Assembly: GCA_963717505.1 (NCBI GenBank)
Contig: OY970342.1
Location: forward strand, 1,408,001-1,472,000
DNA from: Candidatus Eiseniibacteriota bacterium
GTDB taxonomy: Bacteria; Eisenbacteria; RBG-16-71-46
Direction: 5' to 3'
Length of the DNA stretch: 64,000 bases
Of this stretch, positions 17,719-26,200 are shown piece after piece. A program made the position numbers and the translations under genes. The notes under the pieces were generated by a model, which worked only from the letters and a program-made list of their open reading frames with translations, made no database searches and was not told the DNA's origin. The first letter of the stretch is position 1. Every line of letters begins with the position of its first letter.

Positions 17719-19977
17719 GTGCCCGTTCTGCCTGGCCAAGACCTCACGCACTACCGGCTCGTCGAGAAGATCGGCGCCGGGGGAATGGGAGAAGTCTGGC
17801 GCGCCGTCGACACGCGGCTCGGCCGTGAGGTCGCCGTCAAGCTCCTTCCAGATCGCTTGGCTTCAGACCCCGAAGCCGTGGCCCGTTTCGAGCGGGAGGC
17901 GAAAGCGGTGGCGGCGCTCTCGCACCCCAATATCCTCGCGCTCTACGACGTGGGACAGGTCGAAGGCAACTTCTATGTCGTGACCGAGCTTCTGCAGGGC
18001 AAGACTTTGAGGGCGTTGCTGGCCGATGGTGCGCTGGCGCCCAAGGTTGCGGTCGAATATGCAATGCAGATCGCGCAGGGTCTGTCGGCCGCGCACGCGC
18101 GCGGACTGGTGCACCGGGATCTCAAGCCCGAGAACATCTTCGTCACCCACGACGGTCACACCAAGATTCTCGACTTCGGTCTGGCCCGATTCCAGTCGGA
18201 GAGCAGCTCGAGGGGCGGAGGGGTCGACGAACTGGCCACGACCATGGCCAGCCCCACGATTGCCGGCACCCTTTTGGGCACACCTGGCTACATGTCTCCC
18301 GAGCAGGTGCGCGGTCAGGTCGCCGATCATCGCTCCGACATCTTCTCGCTGGGCGCGGTAGTCCACGAGATGCTCACCGGCCGCCGGGCGTTCAGTGGCC
18401 CATCGATCGCGGACACGCTGAGTGCGGTGCTCCATGAAGATCCGCCGCGCGTGCAAACACAATCCGGCGCCGACTCTGCTTTCGACGAACTCATCCGGAA
18501 ATGCGTGAACAAGGCGCCGGCGCAGCGATTCCAATCCGCCCGTGACGTGATCCAGGCGCTGCAGAACGTCTTCACCGGACTACCACTGGCCCCGGAAGGG
18601 CCGTCGATCGCCGTGCTCCCGTTCGTCGACATGAGCCAGGGCAAGGACCAGGACTACTTCTGCGAGGGCATGGCGGAGGAGATCCTCACCTCGCTCTCGG
18701 AGATCTCCGGTCTGCGCGTGGCCGCCCGTACGTCGACCTTTCAGTTTCGGGGAGCGAACCAGGACATCCGTAGAATTGGTCAGGCGCTCGGGGTGAACAA
18801 TGTTCTGGAAGGGAGCGTGCGCACGGCGGGCAAACGCTTGCGAGTGACTGCGCAGTTGATCAACGTCGCGAGTGGATATCAGATGTGGTCCGAGCGCTAC
18901 GACCGCGAAATGGAGGACGTCTTCGCGATCCAGGACGAGATCGCGCACTCAGTGACGCAGGCCCTGGCCATGCAGCTCGGTGCGCCCGAGGCGGGGAGCA
19001 TCACGCGTAAGCACTCCGACAACCTGGAGGCGTACCACCTCTATCTGAAGGGCCGCCACGAACGCTACACGACGCGGAATTTCAAGGCTGCACTACGGTG
19101 TTTCGAGGAGGCGAGCGAGCGCGATCCTCGTTATGCCCTGGCGCGTCTCGGGATCGCCGAGGCGAGCATCCTGCTCGCCAACACTGGCCTGATTCGTCCT
19201 CGGGTTGCGATTGCGCGCGCCGACACGGAGCTCGGGTATGCAAAGGCCCTGGCGGGGGAATCGGCCGAGGCTCTCACCGTGGAGTGCCCGATCCGGGCCT
19301 ATGAATGGGATTGGTCTCGAGCAGAGGACTTGGGAAGGCGGGCGATCGAGCTGGACCCTGATTTCATCTTCGCCCGGACCTGGCTCAGTATCGTCCTGAG
19401 CGCGCGCGGCCGGTGCCAGGAAGCCTTTGACATGGCCCGGAGCGCCGCGCCGATCGATCCCCTGTCTCCCATGGGCTGGACGATGGCGGCCTGGGCCCTC
19501 AACACGGGCCGGCGGTTCAATGAGGCGGAGGCCGCTTTGATGCCGGTGGTGGACGGAAACCCGCGCCTCACGCTCGCGCTCTGGAATCTTGGGGTCGCCT
19601 TCATGGGTCAAGGCCGTCACGCCGAGGCGCTGCCTGTTTTCGAACGCGCCTACCAAGCGGAGCCGGAGTCGACCATGTACCTGGGGATGATCGCCTGGGC
19701 GGAGGCGGCCACCGGCAGGAAGGAAAGTGCGCGCGAGCATCTCGCTGACCTGCACGAGCTGGCGAAGCATCGCCACGTTCCACGGTACCTGCTCGCATGG
19801 ACGCTCGCCGCCCTCGGGGAGACCGAGGCTGCGCTAGACGAATTCGAGCGATCGGTCGACGAGCATGAACAGTTCACCGCCTTCCCACTCTTCCCCGGCT
19901 ACGACCCGATTCGCCGAGAGCCGCGCTTCAATGCGGTCTTGGAACGCATGGGGCTCGGGTGGGCCGTCGGTCGTTGA
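17719..19977 (+). CDS. Ser/Thr protein kinase with TolB-N-like and TPR domains
   Basis: GAGGMGEV, VAVK, HRDLKPEN, DFGLA, YMSPE; SIAVLPF domain; TPR repeats. Confidence 0.93.
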   Translation: MPVLPGQDLTHYRLVEKIGAGGMGEVWRAVDTRLGREVAVKLLPDRLASDPEAVARFEREAKAVAALSHPNILALYDVGQVEGNFYVVTELLQGKTLRALLADGALAPKVAVEYAMQIAQGLSAAHARGLVHRDLKPENIFVTHDGHTKILDFGLARFQSESSSRGGGVDELATTMASPTIAGTLLGTPGYMSPEQVRGQVADHRSDIFSLGAVVHEMLTGRRAFSGPSIADTLSAVLHEDPPRVQTQSGADSAFDELIRKCVNKAPAQRFQSARDVIQALQNVFTGLPLAPEGPSIAVLPFVDMSQGKDQDYFCEGMAEEILTSLSEISGLRVAARTSTFQFRGANQDIRRIGQALGVNNVLEGSVRTAGKRLRVTAQLINVASGYQMWSERYDREMEDVFAIQDEIAHSVTQALAMQLGAPEAGSITRKHSDNLEAYHLYLKGRHERYTTRNFKAALRCFEEASERDPRYALARLGIAEASILLANTGLIRPRVAIARADTELGYAKALAGESAEALTVECPIRAYEWDWSRAEDLGRRAIELDPDFIFARTWLSIVLSARGRCQEAFDMARSAAPIDPLSPMGWTMAAWALNTGRRFNEAEAALMPVVDGNPRLTLALWNLGVAFMGQGRHAEALPVFERAYQAEPESTMYLGMIAWAEAATGRKESAREHLADLHELAKHRHVPRYLLAWTLAALGETEAALDEFERSVDEHEQFTAFPLFPGYDPIRREPRFNAVLERMGLGWAVGR

Positions 19978-20036
19978 GGTCTAGGAAGCAGGGACGGGTC
20001 ATGAACAAATCGAGCGCATCGAGAAGGTGAGGCCAC

Positions 20037-20414
20037 GTGTACGAGCATCGAAGTTCCCCGCTCCTGTCCCAAACCGAGTTCCTTCAACGCCTCGCCATTC
20101 ACGCTGGAGCCGGGCTGGTCGTCGTCCTCGGGTCGCTGACGATCGGCATCCTCGGGTATCGGGGTTTCGAGCACATGACGTGGCTGGATGCCCTGCTCAA
20201 CGCCTCGATGATCCTCGGGGGAATGGGTCCGGTCACCGAGCTGCACACCTCGGGGGGTAAGCTCTTCGCATCCGTCTATGCTCTGTATTCTGGGTTCGTG
20301 GTCCTGGTGGTGGCCGGGCTCTTGTTCGTGCCCGTGGCCCATCGAATTCTCCACCGATTCCACCTGGAAATGGACGATGCGTCGAGCCAGGACACGAAGC
20401 GCCGGCCCCGCTAG
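20037..20414 (+). CDS. Small 2-TM membrane protein with a K-channel-like layout
   Basis: TM, then WLDALLNASMILGGMGP, then GKLFASVYALY and TM. Confidence 0.65.
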   Translation: MYEHRSSPLLSQTEFLQRLAIHAGAGLVVVLGSLTIGILGYRGFEHMTWLDALLNASMILGGMGPVTELHTSGGKLFASVYALYSGFVVLVVAGLLFVPVAHRILHRFHLEMDDASSQDTKRRPR

Positions 20415-20423
20415 AGGTGTTTG

Positions 20424-21371
20424 GTGAACAGCGACACGCTGGATCCGAACACAGAGTACAACCGTCCACTCTGGGCGAAACGAACCTTCGCGTTCGTTCA
20501 CCCGCCTTGGATGCTGAACGACTTCGTGGAACGACTCCGTGGCCTGATTCCGCGCCTGCTGCCGTTGATCGAAGGGCTCGACGACGAAGCCGCGCGCCGG
20601 CAGCTGGACGGCACGTGGTCGATCGCGCAGAACGTCGGACATTTGGCCGACGTCGAGGAACTGTGGCAGGAGCGCCTGGAGGATCTGCGGCTCGGCCGTG
20701 AGAACTACACACCGGCCGATCCCGCCCGATTCCAGGCCGCGGCACTGCGCCACCAGGACCGACCTCTGTCCTCGACCGTCACCGAGCTTGCCGAGCGACG
20801 GTTGCGGCTGGTCGAGGCGCTCGGTAACGCCCCGGAAGCCCTGCGGCGCGCGCGCGCATTTCACCAGCGTCTTCAGTGCCCGATGAGGCTGGTCGACTGC
20901 GCCCAATTCTACGCCGAGCACGACGACCATCACCTGATCCGCATTCGCACCCTGCGTGCCGCGGTTCGCGCTCCCGAAGCCACGACCCGGATGGAACTCG
21001 CGGTTCCCATCCTGCGCGTCCAGGACCTCGAAGCCAGCGTCGACCACTACGTCCGCGTGCTGGGTTTCACGCTCGATTGGAGCCACGAGGCGGTCATGGC
21101 CTCGGTCTCGCGCGACCGTGTCTCGCTCATGTTGTGCGCGGGCGACCAGGGGAACCCCGGAACCTGGGTCTGGATCGGGGTCGAGGACGCGCAGGCGTTG
21201 CACGAAGAGCTTCGCGCCAAGGGAGCGACCATCCGACTGCCGCCGACCAACTACTCGTGGGCGTACGAGATGCACGTCGAGGATCCCGACGGCCACGTCT
21301 TGCGAATGGGCTCGGGGCCGCGCAACGACCTCGACCTCTCGGAATGGGTCGTCTGGTATCGCGACCCATAG
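20424..21371 (+). CDS. DinB-family / VOC (bleomycin-resistance-like) fusion protein
   Basis: WSIAQNVGHLADVE and AEHDDHH (DinB), then PILRVQDL...EMHVEDPDGHVL (VOC). Confidence 0.8.
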   Translation: MNSDTLDPNTEYNRPLWAKRTFAFVHPPWMLNDFVERLRGLIPRLLPLIEGLDDEAARRQLDGTWSIAQNVGHLADVEELWQERLEDLRLGRENYTPADPARFQAAALRHQDRPLSSTVTELAERRLRLVEALGNAPEALRRARAFHQRLQCPMRLVDCAQFYAEHDDHHLIRIRTLRAAVRAPEATTRMELAVPILRVQDLEASVDHYVRVLGFTLDWSHEAVMASVSRDRVSLMLCAGDQGNPGTWVWIGVEDAQALHEELRAKGATIRLPPTNYSWAYEMHVEDPDGHVLRMGSGPRNDLDLSEWVVWYRDP

Positions 21372-21407
21372 TGGTCGCCGGCGAGGTCACCCGCAAAGGA
21401 GGGGCAG

Positions 21408-21518
21408 ATGATGCCGCATTGGAAGCCGCTGGTGCAGTGGAAGGCGACCTCGGTGTACCGCCGGCTCGAGGGGGAGTGGCGCATCGTGCACGCGCACTGG
21501 TCCAAGGTGAAGGCCTAG
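21408..21518 (+). pseudogene. 36-aa remnant of an NTF2/SnoaL-like protein
   Basis: AAAGGAGG RBS; MMPHWKPLVQWKATSVYRRLEGEWRIVHAHWSKVKA matches only the C-terminal strands of the family. Confidence 0.55.
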
Positions 21519-21549
21519 TGCTCGCCACCTTCGGGAGGGACTCGTAGCC

Positions 21550-22059
21550 GTGCAGGTCCGAGTCCTGAGTTCGACCGACGCCGAGATATTTCAGGCACTA
21601 CGCCTCGAGGCCCTGCGCCAAGAGCCTTCGGCATTCGCCTCGAGCTATGAGGAAGAGTGCGACACGCCGATCGCGACGGTGGCCGAGCGCCTGGCCTCCT
21701 CGCCCGATCGCTGCGTCCTGGGCGCCTTCGACGGGGAAACGCTCGTCGGCATGGTCGGACTCGAACGCGAAAGCATGCGCAAGCTCGCGCACAAGGCGTG
21801 GATCTGGGGCATGTACGTGACGCCGGCGGCGCGCCAGCGCGGCATAGGGCGCCATCTCATGAGCGAGGCGCTCCGCTACGCGAGCGACACATTGAGCGTC
21901 CAGCGCGTCAATCTCGGGGTCAATGCCGCGAACGTCGCCGCGGTCGCCCTCTATCGGGCTTTGGACTTCGAAACCTACGGCCTGGAACGCGCGTTTCTGC
22001 TGCTCGACCGCGAGCTGCACAACGAATTCCTGATGGTGCGGGTGCTCTCGAAGCGCTGA
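21550..22059 (+). CDS. GNAT N-acetyltransferase
   Basis: LRLEALRQEPSAF, GMYVTPAARQRGIG, NVAAVALYRALDF. Confidence 0.9.
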   Translation: MQVRVLSSTDAEIFQALRLEALRQEPSAFASSYEEECDTPIATVAERLASSPDRCVLGAFDGETLVGMVGLERESMRKLAHKAWIWGMYVTPAARQRGIGRHLMSEALRYASDTLSVQRVNLGVNAANVAAVALYRALDFETYGLERAFLLLDRELHNEFLMVRVLSKR

Positions 22060-22091
22060 TGGATCCTGATGCGCACCGATCCCTATCGCGG

Positions 22092-24404
22092 TCAAGTCCC
22101 CGGGGTGGCGCGCGCGCGGCTCCGGCGCTGATAGCCCCACGATATGGCAAGCATCGCCGCGCCCGCCGCGATCGCGGTGAGAAAACGCCAGAATGGATCT
22201 GCGCTGGCGAGGTCGTGCAGCACGAACTTGGCAGCGGTCAGGCCGACGAGCGCGAGCCCCATCCAACGCAAGAACGCCGAGGCACGCCACCATCCGGCAG
22301 TCATGGTGACCAACGCCTGAAGGAGCCAGCCCACGCTGGTGAAGACGGAAGCCAAAGCCACGCGTCGTTGCAGCGCATCCTGCGCGACCTCGATCGAGTG
22401 GCGGGCCCCGGGTCCGGGAAGCCCGAGGAGCACGCGGGCGACGTGGTCCGCCTCGCGAGCGGTCCACGCCATCAGGACGATGGCCGCAGCGGCGCCCCAA
22501 AACTCGGGAGCGCGGCGGTCGAAGTCCGACAACGATTCACGCTTGACGGCGAGATACCCTCCAATGGCGACGATGACCGCTACCGCGGCGAAATGCAGTA
22601 CGCCCGCCGCATGCAGGACCGGCAGCCAGTCCCGGCCCCATGGATCATCGAGCGCCATCAGTGCGACCAGTGACGCGATGGCCAGCATGGCAAGCAGGAT
22701 GGTGGCCGCCAATCGGAGGGCAAAACGGCGGGCTCTTGTTCCCGCCCATGCGAGCCAGCCCGCCTGGAGCGCCCAGGCCAGCGCCAAGATCGCATTCGCG
22801 AGTGCTGTCGAACGAACGTTGCCGCCCGGTCCCTGTAGACTGGGCAATCGACGCCACACCCCACCGGCACCCTCGAACGCGTAAGCCACGCTCCAGGCCT
22901 CGCGCGCCAGCCAAAGCGCCAACAGCCAATGCCCGCTGAGGACCGCGATTTCAGGAAGAGAGCGCTCGGCGTGGGTCAGCGCCCCTCGGTTGCGGCCGAG
23001 CACGAACCCCACTGCCAGCACTGTCACCATGATGACTAGCGTGTAAACCGAAAGCGGGGACAGGGGGGGTGCCGCACGGGGTAGGGCTTCGACCGTCTGG
23101 ACGAATGCCCACATCGCCCCGAGGGTCAGCATCACGCCGCCGCAAACGCGGAGCCAGCCGCCGCGGGGTGTCACCCCCAGCCACATGAGCAAAGCGCCCT
23201 CGAGCGTCCACGCCATCGGCGTCATCTCGTGGCCGAGCGCCCGCTGCAGCGCTGCCGCCAGGAAGAGCGATGCGGCGCCGGTGAGCGGGCGCCAAAGGTC
23301 CCGCTCGGAGCGGCGCGCGTCCACCCACGCTGCCGCCAAGCCATAGAGCACCGCAAGCCCGAAGAAAAAGAGGGCCGCGTGGCGCGGGTTGGAATGGACG
23401 AGCATCGGCCACGCGGCGCCGATCAACGCCAGCGGCGCCACGGCGATCACGGCAAGATCGGCCGATCGCACGCGGTCGCCGGTGCGCACCAGCCCGGGCA
23501 GCGGCGCGAGCCCGAACGCCGAGAACAGGGTGGCGAGTCCGAGCGTGATTCCCCACCCCCAGTCGCCGCGCGGGAACGCTCCCGCCCACACGACTGCGGC
23601 AAGCACTAGGGCCGTGAGGTTGATGCCGCTCCAACCAGGCCGGGCTGCCGCAACGAAGACCAATGCGCTTACGGCTCCGATCCACCCGAGCAACGCCGCC
23701 GGAGCGAGCGAGAAACCCCGTAGCGGCAGGATTCCGGCGAGCAACTGCGGCAGGTAGGCCCCGATCACGCCCAGGGCCGCAATACTCTGCACGCGGTAGC
23801 GAAGGCCGGCGCCCGCCGCCAGCGCCGATGTTGCCAGCAGGGCGGCCATCGCGGCCGGCGCCGGGAGCACGCGCAAGGTGAAATGGCCGAGGTAGAGCGT
23901 TACGTAAGCTACGCCGAAGCCGACACCGATGAAGGCGTGGCCGAGCCCCGGCACGGATGCCCTCAGTCTGTCGCCACGCCACACGAGGACGCCTCCGATG
24001 AGGACACCCGAGGCGACGAGCACACCCGGGCCGAACCGCCCAGTGGTCCAGCCCCATAGAATGAGAAAGAACACACCGATGAGGAGCAGCACACCGCCGA
24101 GATTTTGGAGCCAAACGCCGCCGATCAGTTCCTCGAGGCGGCTCATGTCCAGACGACGGGGTGTCTGCGCCGCCTTCGGCAGGGGGGGCATGCTCGCCCA
24201 CGCTGCGGCTGCAGCTGACGGCATGGCCGCAATCGACTCCGGCGTGGGGGCAGGTGACGGTGTCTGCTCGAAGATCGCCGCCTGCGTAGGGTGTGCTGCC
24301 TGCTCGAGGCGCTCCACTCGGGAGCGCAGCTCGCGAAGCTCGTGCCTGAGGCGCCGCCAGTAAAGGAAGGCGATCAGGACGAATAGGCCTAACAAGCCAA
24401 GCAT
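22092..24404 (-). CDS. DUF2339 family membrane protein
   Basis: LEELIGGVWLQNLGGVLLLIGVFF; many TM helices; C-terminal AKFVLHDL...WRFL. Confidence 0.82.
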   Translation of the reverse strand: MLGLLGLFVLIAFLYWRRLRHELRELRSRVERLEQAAHPTQAAIFEQTPSPAPTPESIAAMPSAAAAAWASMPPLPKAAQTPRRLDMSRLEELIGGVWLQNLGGVLLLIGVFFLILWGWTTGRFGPGVLVASGVLIGGVLVWRGDRLRASVPGLGHAFIGVGFGVAYVTLYLGHFTLRVLPAPAAMAALLATSALAAGAGLRYRVQSIAALGVIGAYLPQLLAGILPLRGFSLAPAALLGWIGAVSALVFVAAARPGWSGINLTALVLAAVVWAGAFPRGDWGWGITLGLATLFSAFGLAPLPGLVRTGDRVRSADLAVIAVAPLALIGAAWPMLVHSNPRHAALFFFGLAVLYGLAAAWVDARRSERDLWRPLTGAASLFLAAALQRALGHEMTPMAWTLEGALLMWLGVTPRGGWLRVCGGVMLTLGAMWAFVQTVEALPRAAPPLSPLSVYTLVIMVTVLAVGFVLGRNRGALTHAERSLPEIAVLSGHWLLALWLAREAWSVAYAFEGAGGVWRRLPSLQGPGGNVRSTALANAILALAWALQAGWLAWAGTRARRFALRLAATILLAMLAIASLVALMALDDPWGRDWLPVLHAAGVLHFAAVAVIVAIGGYLAVKRESLSDFDRRAPEFWGAAAAIVLMAWTAREADHVARVLLGLPGPGARHSIEVAQDALQRRVALASVFTSVGWLLQALVTMTAGWWRASAFLRWMGLALVGLTAAKFVLHDLASADPFWRFLTAIAAGAAMLAISWGYQRRSRARATPGT

Positions 24405-24422
24405 CCGGATCCCCCCGTTTCG

Positions 24423-25163
24423 CTATCTCCGAAACAAATAGAGCGCGAACCCCAGCGTCTGCCGCCCCCAGCGGAAGTACGCGTCCTGCCAGCGCGCGAT
24501 GCGCTCGCGCATCTCGGCCGCGTCGGGATCGTCCGGATGCTCGCGCACGTAGCGCTCGACCGCGCGGGCGTACATCCCTTCGTAGAGATCCCAGTCCTCC
24601 TCGGTGCTGACAATGGTTTCGACCAGAACCAGCTCTTCTTCCACTGCGATTGCCAGGTTGCCCTGGTGGTCGGTCAGCTCGTCGGGCGTCCCACCAATGA
24701 CCGCGAGGTACTCGGCCGCCGGCGGCTGGCGCCAGAATCCCTCGCCGACCAACAGCGAACCACCGGGGCGCACCAGACCCTTGAGCGCTGCGAGCGTCTG
24801 CCGGTATCCGCCGTGCGCGTGCGTCGACGCCACACAGGTGGCGGCATCGAACGAGTGCGGTGTCGCGACGAATCGCGTGGCGTCCAGCTCGTGAAACTCG
24901 AGCGAAGCTCCCCGAGCCCGGCTGTGCGCTGCCGCGCGTGCTTCGGCGAGAAACACGGGGTTCAAATCGACGCCGACGCCGGCGATCCGGTAGCGCTCGG
25001 CCATGCGCACCAGCAGCGCCCCTTTGCCGCAGCCGACGTCGAGCACCCGAGCGCCTGCCGGCAGCGTCATGGCCGCCAGCAGCCGGTCGAGGTTCGCGGG
25101 GTCGATCGGGCTACAGAACGAGTGGTCGCGGTGGGCGATGGTGGAATACCTTGTCCGGTCCAT
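24423..25163 (-). CDS. Class I SAM-dependent methyltransferase
   Basis: VLDVGCGKG, GVDLN, LVRPGGSLLVGEGFW, WDLYE. Confidence 0.85.
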   Translation of the reverse strand: MDRTRYSTIAHRDHSFCSPIDPANLDRLLAAMTLPAGARVLDVGCGKGALLVRMAERYRIAGVGVDLNPVFLAEARAAAHSRARGASLEFHELDATRFVATPHSFDAATCVASTHAHGGYRQTLAALKGLVRPGGSLLVGEGFWRQPPAAEYLAVIGGTPDELTDHQGNLAIAVEEELVLVETIVSTEEDWDLYEGMYARAVERYVREHPDDPDAAEMRERIARWQDAYFRWGRQTLGFALYLFRR

Positions 25164-26070
25164 GGCGGATCACGTTCTCATCTCGGAATCAGTTGCGGAA
25201 GCCCTCGCGGCGGGGCGCGCGGTGGTGGCCCTCGAGACCACGGTCGTGACCCACGGCCTGCCGCGCGCCGAAGGTCTGGCGGCGGCGGCGGAACTCGAAG
25301 CCGCGGTGCGTGAAGCCGGTGCCGAGCCGGCGACCATCGGCGTGCTCGCCGGCGCCGTCCGCGTCGGCATGTCGCACAACGATTTGGACCGGCTCGCCAC
25401 CAGCAACCCAGCGAAACTCAACCCGAGCAACCTCGCCGCGCACGTGGCGGCCGGCGCCAGCGGCTCGACCACCGTCGCGGCGACCATGCAGGTCGCCGCC
25501 CGTGTCGGAATTCAGGTGTTCGCGACCGGCGGCATCGGCGGTGTTCATCGCGGCGCTGCTGAAACCGGCGACGTGTCGGCGGACCTCGCCGCACTCGCGC
25601 GCATTCCGGTTGCGGTCGTGTGCGCCGGCGCCAAGGCGATCCTCGATCTCGAAAAGACCGTCGAAGCGCTGGAAACACTGGGCGTACCGGTGCTCGGCCT
25701 GGGCACGGACCACTTCCCGGCGTTCTACCGGCGCTCGAGCGGGCTCCCGGTCGACCGGCGCTTCGACGACGTCGCCACGATCGCCGCCGCGGTGCGCGCC
25801 CACTGGAAGCTCGGGATGTCGACCGGGGTGGTAGTCGCGAATCCGATTCCCATCGAGCACGAGATGCCTCGCGAGACGTATGAGCAAGCGCTGGCCACGG
25901 CCCTGGCCGACGCCACCGCGCGGGACGTGCGAGGCCGCGCGGTGACGCCGTTCCTGCTCGATCGCGTTCGCGAACTGACCGAGGGCCGGAGCGTGTTCTC
26001 GAACCGCGCACTGCTGCGCCACAACGCACGGGTCGCGGGTCAACTGGCGGCCGAGCTGGCGCTCGGGTAA
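25162..26070 (+). CDS. psuG: Pseudouridine-5'-phosphate glycosidase
   Basis: VVALETTVVTHGLP, TTVAATM, FATGGIGGVHRG, DVSADL, GAKAILD, VTPFLL. Confidence 0.93.
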   Translation: MADHVLISESVAEALAAGRAVVALETTVVTHGLPRAEGLAAAAELEAAVREAGAEPATIGVLAGAVRVGMSHNDLDRLATSNPAKLNPSNLAAHVAAGASGSTTVAATMQVAARVGIQVFATGGIGGVHRGAAETGDVSADLAALARIPVAVVCAGAKAILDLEKTVEALETLGVPVLGLGTDHFPAFYRRSSGLPVDRRFDDVATIAAAVRAHWKLGMSTGVVVANPIPIEHEMPRETYEQALATALADATARDVRGRAVTPFLLDRVRELTEGRSVFSNRALLRHNARVAGQLAAELALG

Positions 26071-26200
26071 GTGGGGGCTGGGCAACCGAGGAGCCAGCAC
26101 GCCGCCACTCCCAATACCGCTCGCCGGCGGTAAAGTTGGCGGGCATCTCTTGACCGGCGGGTCACATCATGAAGCTCAATCGCGATAGAGTCCCTGGACC

